A stretch of DNA of 64,000 bases. Source: a virus. This document shows positions 1 to 9,318 of this stretch, one piece after another; positions within the stretch are counted from its first letter, which is position 1, and each line of letters opens with the position of its first letter. The position numbers and the translations under genes were made by a program. The notes under the pieces were generated by a model. That model was not told where the DNA came from. It was given only the letters and a program-made list of their open reading frames with translations, and searched no databases. The DNA is taken from positions 108,390-172,389 of IMG/VR virus record IMGVR_UViG_3300029319_007985; one strand, given 5' to 3'.

Positions 1-12
1 ATTATACTAAGC

Positions 13-201
13 ATGGAACAGATAACAATAACTTGCACAGACAACGGAAAAACTAAAACTGCTGATGTTTTATCCAAATCGGACAAGTATCTAAAGGTAG
101 TTGTGGAAGGAACCACGATGACAATAGAACTGTCAAGATCGGATGTAAATAAACCGTATATCGGTACTAAAGCAGGTTTAGAATTTACGTATGGCGTCTG
201 A
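13..201 (+). CDS. Hypothetical phage protein (62 aa)
   Basis: ORF overlaps the start of the next gene; no recognisable motif. Confidence 0.6.
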   Translation: MEQITITCTDNGKTKTADVLSKSDKYLKVVVEGTTMTIELSRSDVNKPYIGTKAGLEFTYGV

Positions 202-673
202 AAAACTAAAATTTAAAATAGAATTATATAGCACACATTGGGATAAGGCTCCAGGTGCTGAGATATTCGTAAACAATAAATCATTTTACAAAGATAAAAT
301 TACAGGCACAGAAAAAAATCCTACCTTAATTGAATTTGAAGAACAATTAGAAGAAGGACAAAAATACAATTTCACTATCAAACGTACAGGAAAAGATCCC
401 ACCCAAACAATTCTAGATAATGATAACAAAATTATAAAAGATCAATTGTTACACATTAAAAGCATAGAAATTGACGAAATCAATATAGGTTCATTAGTTT
501 ATGAAGGAGTTTATGCTCCAGAATATCCCGAACCATGGTACTCACAACAGGTCCAAAAAGGACAAACTCCAGACAAATCAATAAAAAATGTCACTGCTAT
601 GGGGCATAACGGCACCTGGACATTGGTTTTTGAATCACCTTTTTACATGTGGTTGCTAGAGAACCTGTATTAA
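191..673 (+). CDS. Hypothetical beta-rich protein, paralogous to the N-terminal domain of 3040..4020
   Basis: Shares KxTGK...I..I.I..IN[IL]...NGTWTL with 3040..4020. Confidence 0.6.
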   Translation: MASEKLKFKIELYSTHWDKAPGAEIFVNNKSFYKDKITGTEKNPTLIEFEEQLEEGQKYNFTIKRTGKDPTQTILDNDNKIIKDQLLHIKSIEIDEINIGSLVYEGVYAPEYPEPWYSQQVQKGQTPDKSIKNVTAMGHNGTWTLVFESPFYMWLLENLY

Positions 674-679
674 TAAATA
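674..679 (+). promoter_or_regulatory. T4-like late promoter core TAAATA
   Basis: 6 nt upstream of ATG 686; the same arrangement recurs at many genes. Confidence 0.65.
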
Positions 680-685
680 CTGCAT

Positions 686-1123
686 ATGAACACCTACGAA
701 GACATTAAAACACTTATATCACGTTTAGACAGCATAGCCAAAGCACCGGAGTATCAACCATTCCCAGAAGCAGATGAATTCAATATCGAAGAAGATGAAG
801 ATTTTGAAGAAGTGTTAGGAGTGTTAGGTTTTCCAGAGGATGAAATATGGGAAGCGGAATATAGAGGTAGAAAAGTCAAACTAAACAAGCCTATGAGAGG
901 CGATGTAAAAAAATTCAAAGTATTTGTAAAAGATCCAAAATCAGGCAACGTAAAAAAAGTTAACTTTGGTCACGGTGGAACTTCTGCCAAAAAATTAGGA
1001 CAAAAAACAATGCGTATCAGAAAGTCCGATCCAGCAAGACGTAGAAGTTTCAGAGCAAGACACAACTGTGCTAATCCAGGTCCAAAAACAAAGGCAAGAT
1101 ACTGGAGTTGCAGAAAATGGTAA
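686..1123 (+). CDS. Putative internal head protein (acidic pro-region, then basic Cys/Trp module)
   Basis: Acidic N-half, then WEAE|YRGRKVKLNKP...ARHNC...RYWSCRKW; late promoter upstream. Confidence 0.55.
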   Translation: MNTYEDIKTLISRLDSIAKAPEYQPFPEADEFNIEEDEDFEEVLGVLGFPEDEIWEAEYRGRKVKLNKPMRGDVKKFKVFVKDPKSGNVKKVNFGHGGTSAKKLGQKTMRIRKSDPARRRSFRARHNCANPGPKTKARYWSCRKW

Positions 1124-1476
1124 GGGCAGTCCAATTTATTAAAGAAGCCGTAGACTCTGATGCAATGAACGAGTTGAAGTTGTTCATCAACAATGATGAA
1201 GATCTATACAGAAAAAAGTTCATGCCAATTATAGCAAATATTAAAAGAAAAATAAAAAGAGGAGTTTACAATCATGAGATGGCTCCTAAATTATGGATGT
1301 ATCTCGTTGACGAAGCGGCAAGAAAATATGTAAAAGAATTTGGTTCTCCTGATCAAGACGTTGCTGATATGTTTCCAAAAGAATTACGCCAACAAATTGC
1401 AAAAGACATGGCTGACGAAGAACAAGAAAAAATAGAGGCAGGAGAATACGATGTTGTTAAAGGAACTATTTCTTAA
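1117..1476 (+). CDS. Hypothetical protein, putative internal virion protein
   Basis: ATG at 1117 (MVRAVQFIKE) overlaps the upstream stop. Confidence 0.55.
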   Translation: MVRAVQFIKEAVDSDAMNELKLFINNDEDLYRKKFMPIIANIKRKIKRGVYNHEMAPKLWMYLVDEAARKYVKEFGSPDQDVADMFPKELRQQIAKDMADEEQEKIEAGEYDVVKGTIS

Positions 1477-2626
1477 CGAAGACGAAGGCAACATAGCCGT
1501 ATTTGCTTTTGGAAGATTTAACCCACCCACAGTTGCACACCAAAAACTTATAAAACAAGTGCAGGATCTTGCCACAAAATTGAATGGCAGACCTTTTATT
1601 TTTTTAAGTCATACACAAAACAATGCCACTGATCCTTTAAGTTTTCAAGAGAAGTTAGATTACATTGAAGGCGTGTATGGCAAAGACAAAGTTGTATTTG
1701 GAGATGCTGGCGTAAAGACAATAGTGCAAGTTCTACAAAAACTACAGGATGAAGGCAGAACAAAAGTTGTAATGGTTGCTGGCAGTGATCGGGTACAAAA
1801 TTTCACAAAACTGCTTGACCAATACAACAACAAACCTGACAAGTCAGGCAACATTCTTTACAACTTTGACAGCATAAGTGTGGTAAGTGCCGGACAGCGT
1901 GATCCTGATGCTGAAGGTATGTCGGGTGTGAGTGCCAGCAAGGCAAGAGAGTACGCCCAGGCAGATGATTTTGAAAATTTTAGTAAAATTGTAATGGGTG
2001 GTAAAGTTAGTGCCAAACTTTTCATGAAGATCAAGTCCAAGATGGGACAAAAGGTTGCAGTCAACAACGAAAAGTTGTATAATGAAGATATGGATGGTAA
2101 ACCTACAGTGTATCTTGACATGGATGGAGTACTGGCTGATTTCTTTGGCGGGGTCGAAAAACTGTATGGTGTGAGTCATTGGAAGGAACTTACATCTGAT
2201 AAAACAAAAGATCTCAAAGCAGAAGTGATCAACAGGATAACAGGTACTGATTTCTTTGCAACATTGCCTAAATTTAAATCCGCAGATGACCTAATACAAC
2301 TTGTAAAGAAATTCACTGGTGGAAAATTTTCAATAAACACATCACCACTTAGAGGTGACAATGAGAACTCCGGCAAGTATAAAAAAATATGGATCTCAAA
2401 TAACATCGAAAAGCCAGACGAGATAGTGGTTACCGGTAGGAAAGAAACCTACGCCAAAGACAAGGCCTCCGGGACACCAAACATCCTCATAGATGATAGA
2501 CCAGTCAACATTGAACGTTGGGAGAATGCTGGCGGTCATGGAATTTTATATCAGGCCAATCGAGATCCGCTAACTAAAGTAGAGAAGGGATTACAAGATT
2601 ATGGCAAGATACGAGGGAATCAATAG
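1451..2626 (+). CDS. Fusion of cytidylyltransferase/NMNAT-like nucleotidyltransferase and HAD 5'(3')-deoxyribonucleotidase
   Basis: FGRFNPPTVAH, VAGSDR and SASKAR in the N-domain; YLDMDGVLADF and LIDD in the C-domain. Confidence 0.8.
   Translation: MLLKELFLNEDEGNIAVFAFGRFNPPTVAHQKLIKQVQDLATKLNGRPFIFLSHTQNNATDPLSFQEKLDYIEGVYGKDKVVFGDAGVKTIVQVLQKLQDEGRTKVVMVAGSDRVQNFTKLLDQYNNKPDKSGNILYNFDSISVVSAGQRDPDAEGMSGVSASKAREYAQADDFENFSKIVMGGKVSAKLFMKIKSKMGQKVAVNNEKLYNEDMDGKPTVYLDMDGVLADFFGGVEKLYGVSHWKELTSDKTKDLKAEVINRITGTDFFATLPKFKSADDLIQLVKKFTGGKFSINTSPLRGDNENSGKYKKIWISNNIEKPDEIVVTGRKETYAKDKASGTPNILIDDRPVNIERWENAGGHGILYQANRDPLTKVEKGLQDYGKIRGNQ
2055..2083 (+). promoter_or_regulatory. Intragenic sigma70-type promoter TTGCAG-17-TATAAT
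   Basis: TTGCAG 2055-2060, TATAAT 2078-2083, in-frame ATG at 2090. Confidence 0.6.
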
Positions 2627-2849
2627 AAACTACGAAGCAGGTATTTGGAACAAAGAAGAAGGACCGTCTCCGGAACAAAAGAAGGCCGAAAGAGAAAGAT
2701 TGATGAAAGAGTTCTTGGCCAAAGGCGGAAAGGTAGAAAAACTTGCTCCAGGCAACGCCAAAGTATATGGCTCATTGAACAAAGGTGGAAAACCTCCTTT
2801 CACTGACGCACAGTTGAAAGCAAAATGGAGAGAGGAAAATGGATCTTGA
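2601..2849 (+). CDS. Hypothetical protein (FLAKGGKVEKL motif common in small phage proteins)
   Basis: ORF coupled to both neighbours. Confidence 0.55.
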   Translation: MARYEGINRNYEAGIWNKEEGPSPEQKKAERERLMKEFLAKGGKVEKLAPGNAKVYGSLNKGGKPPFTDAQLKAKWREENGS

Positions 2850-3039
2850 TACCCTCAAAAGGCTGGCCGGCGTAGGGCACTCCACTAATATAAAAGAAAA
2901 TCCTTCTATCACAGGCACGGAGAAAGCAAAATATCAAAGAAAGCATAACATCGAACCTGGTTCCCAAGAATGGTTCAAACTTTGGTTCAGCCGTCCAAAA
3001 ATGACTGGCGAGAACCCAATGCCAAAATCTAAAAAATAA
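2839..3039 (+). CDS. Small putative virion protein
   Basis: LKRLAGV and NIEPGSQEWFKLWF motifs. Confidence 0.55.
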   Translation: MDLDTLKRLAGVGHSTNIKENPSITGTEKAKYQRKHNIEPGSQEWFKLWFSRPKMTGENPMPKSKK

Positions 3040-4020
3040 TTGATGAACTTTTTAGAAATATCGCTGAAAACAGAACACACTTCTGTTCCTGCCCACCTAA
3101 AAATATATTGCAGTGATGAATTAGTATTTGATGATCTTATCGATAAAAATTTGGTTATAAAGAAACAATTTGAAACGCCAAAAGTATTCGAACTAAAAAT
3201 AATCAAAACTGGAAAAAACATAGATTTAGTAAAAAAAGATCACATACAAAAAGTACAGATAGAAAAAGTAAGTGTAAATGGTATCAATTTGAAAATAAAT
3301 GAATTTGGCAACTTTCAAGTGCATGATAATCCTTACGTTGATGATCACACTCTACAAACAGTTGATTTGAATCTTAACGGCACGTGGACACTGCAACTAC
3401 AGGAACAAAAGTTGATCGGACAATTTGAACCAGCAAAAGCAAAGTTCAGAGATGCCATACAAGACTGTGATATCGCATGTTTTGGTTGTAGTCAAACGTA
3501 TGGAGTTTTTTTAGACCATAACGAAACTTGGCCATATTTTTTAGGCAAAGAACTAGGACTCAACGTGAAGAATTTTGGAATACCAGGATCAAACTACAAT
3601 GAGATGACTGCATTCATGGAATACTATGTAAAAAATTACAAAGCCAAAACAATTTTGGCGCTATTCCCACATTCGTTCAGAAGACAATCTATTGATAATG
3701 GAAAGATTGAACACATAGGTGCTGTGGATGAACGCAACAAACATTTAATTTTCCACGGAGAAGAACATTCCATTGTGAATCTGTCGATGTGTTTTCCTGC
3801 CTGGCTAGAAAGTGTTCATGATAATATTATGGTCAGTACCTATCAACGCAGTGAACACAATTTAATGATGCTTACAAATATTAAAAAGCACATGCTACCA
3901 TACTTTGATTCAGATCCTTACCCTAAAGCAAGTGATGGGAAGCATTTTGGTGTAGAACATAACCTAAGTTACGCAAAAGCACTTGCAAAGCACATCAATC
4001 AGCAAACTACATTCCAATAA
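3040..4020 (+). CDS. Beta-domain plus SGNH/GDSL-like hydrolase or acyltransferase
   Basis: FGCSQTYG, NFGIPGSN and DGKHFG. Confidence 0.65.
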   Translation: MMNFLEISLKTEHTSVPAHLKIYCSDELVFDDLIDKNLVIKKQFETPKVFELKIIKTGKNIDLVKKDHIQKVQIEKVSVNGINLKINEFGNFQVHDNPYVDDHTLQTVDLNLNGTWTLQLQEQKLIGQFEPAKAKFRDAIQDCDIACFGCSQTYGVFLDHNETWPYFLGKELGLNVKNFGIPGSNYNEMTAFMEYYVKNYKAKTILALFPHSFRRQSIDNGKIEHIGAVDERNKHLIFHGEEHSIVNLSMCFPAWLESVHDNIMVSTYQRSEHNLMMLTNIKKHMLPYFDSDPYPKASDGKHFGVEHNLSYAKALAKHINQQTTFQ

Positions 4021-4028
4021 ATACCTTT

Positions 4029-4157
4029 ATGAAAACATGGGAAATCACAGAAGGTACTAGATGCTGGAAAGGATATGAACGTAAAGGATTCAAAATACAT
4101 CCTTTCTCAAAGAAACGTGTGCCCAACTGTGTGAAAAGAAAAGCCAAAAGAAAATAA
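4029..4157 (+). CDS. 42-aa basic Cys peptide (MKTWEITE|GTRCWKGY...VPNCVKRKAKRK), not in the ORF track
   Basis: Translated by hand; TAAATA at 4018-4023; same module occurs inside 4413..5108. Confidence 0.7.
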   Translation: MKTWEITEGTRCWKGYERKGFKIHPFSKKRVPNCVKRKAKRK

Positions 4158-4158
4158 A

Positions 4159-4416
4159 ATGAAAATTCGAGAGATCTTATACACCACAGATCGTAATTTG
4201 TTACAGCCTGACATCAATAAAATAATAGACAAATATAGTAGCAGAGCAAAAAAGAGAAAATCAAACCTAGGATACCACAGCATGATGGCCTATCCGTTTA
4301 GAGTAGGAGAAGGTAAAAGTTGGAGTAAAAAATATAAGAAGTCTATCAACTGCAACAATCCAAAAGGCTTCTCACAGAAGGCCCACTGCGCAGGAAGAAA
4401 GAAAAAGAAAAAATGA
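4159..4416 (+). CDS. Basic putative internal head protein
   Basis: MKIREIL N-terminus; WSKKYKKSINCNNPKGFSQKAHCAGRKK module. Confidence 0.6.
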   Translation: MKIREILYTTDRNLLQPDINKIIDKYSSRAKKRKSNLGYHSMMAYPFRVGEGKSWSKKYKKSINCNNPKGFSQKAHCAGRKKKKK

Positions 4417-5108
4417 AAATTAAAGAGTTCATAATCATGCCATCTAGCATAGACACACTTGGCCTTGTCCACAAGCCAGGCCGTGGTCCAAACAACAGAT
4501 TCGATTTCAAAAACAAAGCAAATAATAGAGCAAACGAAGTAGGTGAAACCAAGGAAGCACCACCAGGCACATATTTTACTAAAACAGGCAACTTAGTTAA
4601 AGGAAGATTGACCAAGGCCGCGAAAGAAAGAGGAGCAAGAGAAACTGATCCAAAAGATGATCAAAGATCTAAAGTGCCGCCAGTCACACAAAGGAATGAA
4701 GCGAGAGGTACCTGCTGGCATGGATATCAACAAAAAGGTTATAAGAAAAAAGGCAACAAAATGGTTCCTAATTGTGTTAAGGAAGAGGCCGCTGGTGTTG
4801 GCATAGTAACAAAACAAAACGCCACAAAAGACGTGCCTGTAGGTGGCGAATACATGAACGTAAAAAAATTAGGCCTAGGTAAAGGCAAGCCAAAAACAAT
4901 AGGCGAAGAATGGAAACAGTTCCAAGAAAATTTTGCCGACAAAAAAGTCAAAGGTAAAAGTAGGCCTGGGCGGGTCAAAAGGGCAGGAGCAAGTTGTAAA
5001 GGCTCAGTTACAAGTTTAAGAGCAAAGGCAAAAAAATCAAGTGGTGAAAGAAGAAAGATGTATCACTGGTGTGCCAACATGAAATCCGGTAGGAAAAAAT
5101 CCAGATAA
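4413..5108 (+). CDS. Multi-module basic putative internal head protein
   Basis: MKIKEFII N-terminus; modules separated by Glu sites; CWHGY...VPNCV and YHWCANMKSG modules. Confidence 0.6.
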   Translation: MKIKEFIIMPSSIDTLGLVHKPGRGPNNRFDFKNKANNRANEVGETKEAPPGTYFTKTGNLVKGRLTKAAKERGARETDPKDDQRSKVPPVTQRNEARGTCWHGYQQKGYKKKGNKMVPNCVKEEAAGVGIVTKQNATKDVPVGGEYMNVKKLGLGKGKPKTIGEEWKQFQENFADKKVKGKSRPGRVKRAGASCKGSVTSLRAKAKKSSGERRKMYHWCANMKSGRKKSR

Positions 5109-5117
5109 CTACTGGAT

Positions 5118-5867
5118 ATGGACGTAATTTTAAGTTTAGGTTTTCTTTGTAACATTTTTAAAAAAGCACCAACAGTAAGGCTCTTTGCTGATGAATATTT
5201 TCTAGATGAATTTACCTTAAAAAATACTGTTGATAAATCCACACTAAAAAGTTTATTATCAAACAAAGACAACTTTGATTTTATTTTTCCAAAAAAAGTC
5301 AGCAATTTACTAGACCCAAATGTGCAAATGGTTGACCCACAAATAGATGCTAATGTTGAATATAAATTCTATCGCATAAAAAAGTTTAATCTAAAGAAAA
5401 AAGATAAAGTCAAAGTAAAAATCGAATTTTATAATAGGGACTCTAATCATACAAACGGATTCATCACAAAAAGCACAATGGTGTGTGTTCCATACGTTTT
5501 AATTACTCCAACCAAGATTATGAAAGACATAACAACATTTCATAAGAAGTGGTATCAAAAAGTTAAATTTGAACAGCAAAAACAAAACAAATTTAAATTT
5601 ATAAAGAAATTTTACAAACACAGATCACGTCTTTTCAACTGCATAGAACATCGCAATTATTGGTTTAAGGATAGGCAGACTAAAAATTTATTATACACGT
5701 ACTTCGCAGGTGGTGATGTAACGCTAGAAAGGACCTTTTATAAAAAACATAACTTGTACATCGGTGATCCAAATACCATTGGCTATGTGTTGTTTGGACA
5801 CTACCAAAGGTTTAAAAAACTATCAGATAAATACCTTCAATATGAGAATCTGCGAAATAATCATTAG
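5118..5867 (+). CDS. Hypothetical AT-rich accessory protein
   Basis: 249-aa ORF with a TAACTA late-like motif 6 nt upstream. Confidence 0.55.
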   Translation: MDVILSLGFLCNIFKKAPTVRLFADEYFLDEFTLKNTVDKSTLKSLLSNKDNFDFIFPKKVSNLLDPNVQMVDPQIDANVEYKFYRIKKFNLKKKDKVKVKIEFYNRDSNHTNGFITKSTMVCVPYVLITPTKIMKDITTFHKKWYQKVKFEQQKQNKFKFIKKFYKHRSRLFNCIEHRNYWFKDRQTKNLLYTYFAGGDVTLERTFYKKHNLYIGDPNTIGYVLFGHYQRFKKLSDKYLQYENLRNNH

Positions 5868-6108
5868 AGAACAGGCCACTGCCGGCGCCACTTCTGCTGG
5901 CAATATTGCATCTGTAGTCAGTCCACATATCGCAATAGGACCTGATAGGTTCAAGAAATCATATACAGGCACGCCTGGAAAATCAGGCACTAAGGCACCA
6001 AAGTTGCCTAAGATTGTTCAACCAAAAAAGAAAGATGGCACGGCAAAAGGCGCACATAATTTACCAGGAGTAAGTTTGTTTGGCGGGCCAGGATTTGTGA
6101 GAAGATGA
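5842..6108 (+). CDS. Putative internal head protein (MRICEIIIRE|QATAGATSAGNIA...)
   Basis: Start reassigned to ATG 5842 after TAAATA 5828-5833. Confidence 0.65.
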   Translation: MRICEIIIREQATAGATSAGNIASVVSPHIAIGPDRFKKSYTGTPGKSGTKAPKLPKIVQPKKKDGTAKGAHNLPGVSLFGGPGFVRR

Positions 6109-6263
6109 GTTACTGTTTAAATTGTGGCAACGAGTGCCACGAAGGAAAAGTGTTAACAAGAACTGAAAAAACTTATGCAGTAGAAGGTGCGAAGGAATAC
6201 GAAATAGAAGTCTGTAAATATTGCAGATGTGAAGACGAATTAATGGATGCTTTAGAAGAATGA
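6105..6263 (+). CDS. 52-aa Cys-rich, zinc-finger-like protein, not in the ORF track
   Basis: MSYCLNCGNECH...VCKYCRC; ATGA overlaps at both ends. Confidence 0.65.
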   Translation: MSYCLNCGNECHEGKVLTRTEKTYAVEGAKEYEIEVCKYCRCEDELMDALEE

Positions 6264-7162
6264 AATTTTTAATATTCAATGGTAGTTTAAAGGCAGATGC
6301 AGAATCAAATACTTTTGCTGTTTGCAAAATGTTACAACTGGCCTTTGATAAACTTGGACATGAATGTGAGATAGTCACATTGAGAGATCTTGACTACGAA
6401 GGATCAACTGATGATGTAAATGATGAACTTAAACCTTATATCATGAAGATGTTCGACATGGACGGAATAATTTTTGCTACTCCAATTTGGTGGGGCACAC
6501 ATAGTTGTCATATCCAGGCCATGTTGGAAAGACTTGACTTTATATACAGTTGGGCCAAAGACAACAAGTATCAACCATTTTATAACAAAGTATTTGGCAC
6601 ATTAGTGTCAGGTGGTGGAGATGGATTCCAACACATTCACGGAGTACTATATTCAGCGGCATCTAATTTTGGATTTACTATTCCGCCGCAGTGTAACATC
6701 GAATCCAAGGCACAGGGCATAGAAGAAATCAAAAAAGACGAAGACACTTACAACCAAGTTAAAAACTGTGCGACTAACATGACAGTCTGGGGAGAACTGA
6801 TGAGAGCCGGAAATCCTACACTGGCGGCAAGGCACGGTAGTGTCGACGTAAACGAAGCACTGGCTGAAGGAAAAAGAATACCACGTAAAAAAGGACAAAA
6901 GAGGAAAAGCAAAAAACATAGTGACCTTTACACAGATGAAGATCCAAAAGGCACTATCCACGGACTAGGATTCAAAGACGAGGCCACAGCAAGAGCCAGT
7001 GTAACAAAAATCCGAAAGAGCGGTAGATCACACGCACACAAGATACAGGCCGCAGTGGCAATGGAACAGAGAGCGAGAGCGGCAGGCAAATCAGGACCAG
7101 CGGCGATCTATAGAAAATATATCAACAGCATGAAGAAAAAAACAAAGGCTAAGAAAAAATAA
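6260..7162 (+). CDS. Flavodoxin-fold NAD(P)H-dependent FMN reductase fused to a basic C-terminal module
   Basis: FNGSLK...SNT and IIFATPIWWG; after VNEALAE comes the Lys-rich HSDLYTDEDPKGTIHGLGF module. Confidence 0.75.
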   Translation: MKFLIFNGSLKADAESNTFAVCKMLQLAFDKLGHECEIVTLRDLDYEGSTDDVNDELKPYIMKMFDMDGIIFATPIWWGTHSCHIQAMLERLDFIYSWAKDNKYQPFYNKVFGTLVSGGGDGFQHIHGVLYSAASNFGFTIPPQCNIESKAQGIEEIKKDEDTYNQVKNCATNMTVWGELMRAGNPTLAARHGSVDVNEALAEGKRIPRKKGQKRKSKKHSDLYTDEDPKGTIHGLGFKDEATARASVTKIRKSGRSHAHKIQAAVAMEQRARAAGKSGPAAIYRKYINSMKKKTKAKKK

Positions 7163-7566
7163 TGAAAAGATTGGATATCAACGACAACACTAGTATCAGT
7201 ATGCCAATAAGAAATATGATTGCAATTATAGGTGCAGTGGGCGTTGGCGTGTGGGCATACTTTGGAATCACAGAAAAATTGAATCAACATTCCACTTCGC
7301 TTACATTAATGAAAAAAGAGATGGAAGAAAACACAGAATTCAGGATAAAATATCCAAGAGGTGAATTGGGTCAGTCACAAAACGACCTTGAACAATTCAT
7401 GCTTATTGAAGAACTTTACAAAACAGTTGACAAGATGGAAGGCGTGTTAGAAAACAACATGACCAATAAAGTTAATATTGAATTTTTAAGAAAACAAGTT
7501 GACAAAATGATCGGCGATATTGAAGCACTGAAAGACGCTGATAGACAGATACAAAACGGACACTAA
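7162..7566 (+). CDS. Membrane-anchored coiled-coil phage protein
   Basis: Hydrophobic MIAIIGAVGVGVWAYFGI followed by coiled coil. Confidence 0.55.
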   Translation: MKRLDINDNTSISMPIRNMIAIIGAVGVGVWAYFGITEKLNQHSTSLTLMKKEMEENTEFRIKYPRGELGQSQNDLEQFMLIEELYKTVDKMEGVLENNMTNKVNIEFLRKQVDKMIGDIEALKDADRQIQNGH

Positions 7567-7781
7567 TGATTGAAACAGTTGTTGCTTTATTAATGATAGT
7601 ACATGGTGAAATCAAAGAACATCGTATTCAAGACTCTATGAGTGCATGTTTACGAGGTAAAAGAACAGCAGAGAGACAGTTTTCAGCAGGGGTCAAATAC
7701 CAGTGTATCAAAAGCAAGGCTGAATTAGAAGAGAATGTAGACGGTTCAAGAGCAATCAAAAAAATAATATTGGCTGAATAA
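7566..7781 (+). CDS. Small hypothetical protein with hydrophobic N-terminus and two Cys
   Basis: TAATG coupling to the upstream gene. Confidence 0.55.
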   Translation: MIETVVALLMIVHGEIKEHRIQDSMSACLRGKRTAERQFSAGVKYQCIKSKAELEENVDGSRAIKKIILAE

Positions 7782-7789
7782 ATACACAT

Positions 7790-9292
7790 ATGCGTTTAAA
7801 AGAAATCAATCATCCGGTACAAGCAGACACATACGAAGCAAGTATGGCCCTGAATCAGTTGCTAAAAATAGGGCAACACGCAATCAAACTACACAACCTA
7901 CTTAAAGATGAACAGGAAATGGAGTCTTGGGTGGCCAAGAAGATTGACCTAGCAGGTGACTATGTTAAAAAAGTACACGGTTACATGATGGGTGAAAAAG
8001 CAGGTTTGTATGATGACGCAGGCGAAGGACACATGAGCAAAAGCACATTGTATCACACTGCCAAGTATGCAATACAACTTATGCAGATGATAGACAAAGG
8101 TGATGACCTAGAAGGTTGGGTGCAAAGCAAACTGAATAAGGCCGCTGATTATCTACAGGGTGCGTACAACTATGAAGAATATCAAAAACTATCTCCATAC
8201 AGAGAAGACCTAGACGGATCAACATTTTCAAAACACAAAGAAATTATCAAAAAAAACATAGACGAGATATTGGCCAAAGAAACTGATCTAGATGACACAG
8301 ACACAAAACCAGGCATGATGAGGATCCTTGGCAAAAGAGTTAATGACGTGGAAAAAGAAATGTCAAAAAAAATGCGTAAAGAACCGCCTGTGTTAGACAA
8401 AGACTTTGATGACCAACCGAGATACAAAGGACAAAGAATAGATGTTGGTGAAAAACATGGTGGCGAACACAGCACATCAGGTAGAAGCATGACCAAGGGC
8501 GAAATGAACAAAAGAGAAAAAATTGTTAAAGCAATGAAGAAAGACAAAGCAGGATTCAAGAAAAGATATGGTAAAGATGCAGACGCAGTGATGTATGCCA
8601 CAGCAACCAAACAAGCAATGGGCGAGGACAAGTACGAATTCAGAGGCAATCCTTTTCCTATATTGGGCAAAGCAGAAAGTTATCTAAACTACGGTTCGGA
8701 CATGGCAAAAGCCATCATGAACAACAGTGACAATTTGAAGGCCATGGCACAAACCTACTTGGACAGAGTACCTAGTTTCGTAAACACAGAGATGAAAGAA
8801 ATATTTCCTAAAAACGAAAGCGGTATCATGTACAGAGCGGGTGTTAAAAAATACGGCAAAGCAGGTATGAAAGCCATACAAAGTGCCGCAGGCAAAGGTG
8901 CTAGTCATCAAGAAATAGGTAAAATTAAAGACAAGTATTTGAAAGACGATGAAATCGACGAAGGACTTAAAGACACACTTCAAAAATTGGCGGCCGCTGG
9001 AATAATTGTTGGTACAATGGCCGGTGCTGGATCTATGATTAATGCTTTAGATAATAGTGTGCCTGCAATGAAAGCCATGAATACTGCTTACAAAATGGCA
9101 ACTGATGCAGGTAATGAAGAACTAGCACAAATGATTAAAAATGATATTTCAGCAGTAAAAGTAAGACTAAGTTCAGGCAAAGATTTAAACTTTGTGAAAG
9201 CAATGCAGGACAAATATAGTAAATTCATGCCAACAGAAGGTTTAGCGTATGAGTCAAAACTCGCTGTACTGCTTAATCAACAACTTAAATAA
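7790..9292 (+). CDS. Large multi-module putative internal head protein with internal repeat
   Basis: TAAATA at 7779; MRLKEI N-terminus; two repeats of E..M....L......AI.L...........E.WV..K...A.DY. Confidence 0.6.
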   Translation: MRLKEINHPVQADTYEASMALNQLLKIGQHAIKLHNLLKDEQEMESWVAKKIDLAGDYVKKVHGYMMGEKAGLYDDAGEGHMSKSTLYHTAKYAIQLMQMIDKGDDLEGWVQSKLNKAADYLQGAYNYEEYQKLSPYREDLDGSTFSKHKEIIKKNIDEILAKETDLDDTDTKPGMMRILGKRVNDVEKEMSKKMRKEPPVLDKDFDDQPRYKGQRIDVGEKHGGEHSTSGRSMTKGEMNKREKIVKAMKKDKAGFKKRYGKDADAVMYATATKQAMGEDKYEFRGNPFPILGKAESYLNYGSDMAKAIMNNSDNLKAMAQTYLDRVPSFVNTEMKEIFPKNESGIMYRAGVKKYGKAGMKAIQSAAGKGASHQEIGKIKDKYLKDDEIDEGLKDTLQKLAAAGIIVGTMAGAGSMINALDNSVPAMKAMNTAYKMATDAGNEELAQMIKNDISAVKVRLSSGKDLNFVKAMQDKYSKFMPTEGLAYESKLAVLLNQQLK

Positions 9293-9318
9293 AACAGCAA
9301 CACTACTAAATAAATCAA

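Noticed and set aside
686-5108. Cys/Trp/Lys-rich peptides as RiPP precursors for the twitch rSAM array
   Set aside because: They lie about 45 kb from the array and are better explained as capsid cargo; no RRE domain or transporter supports the idea
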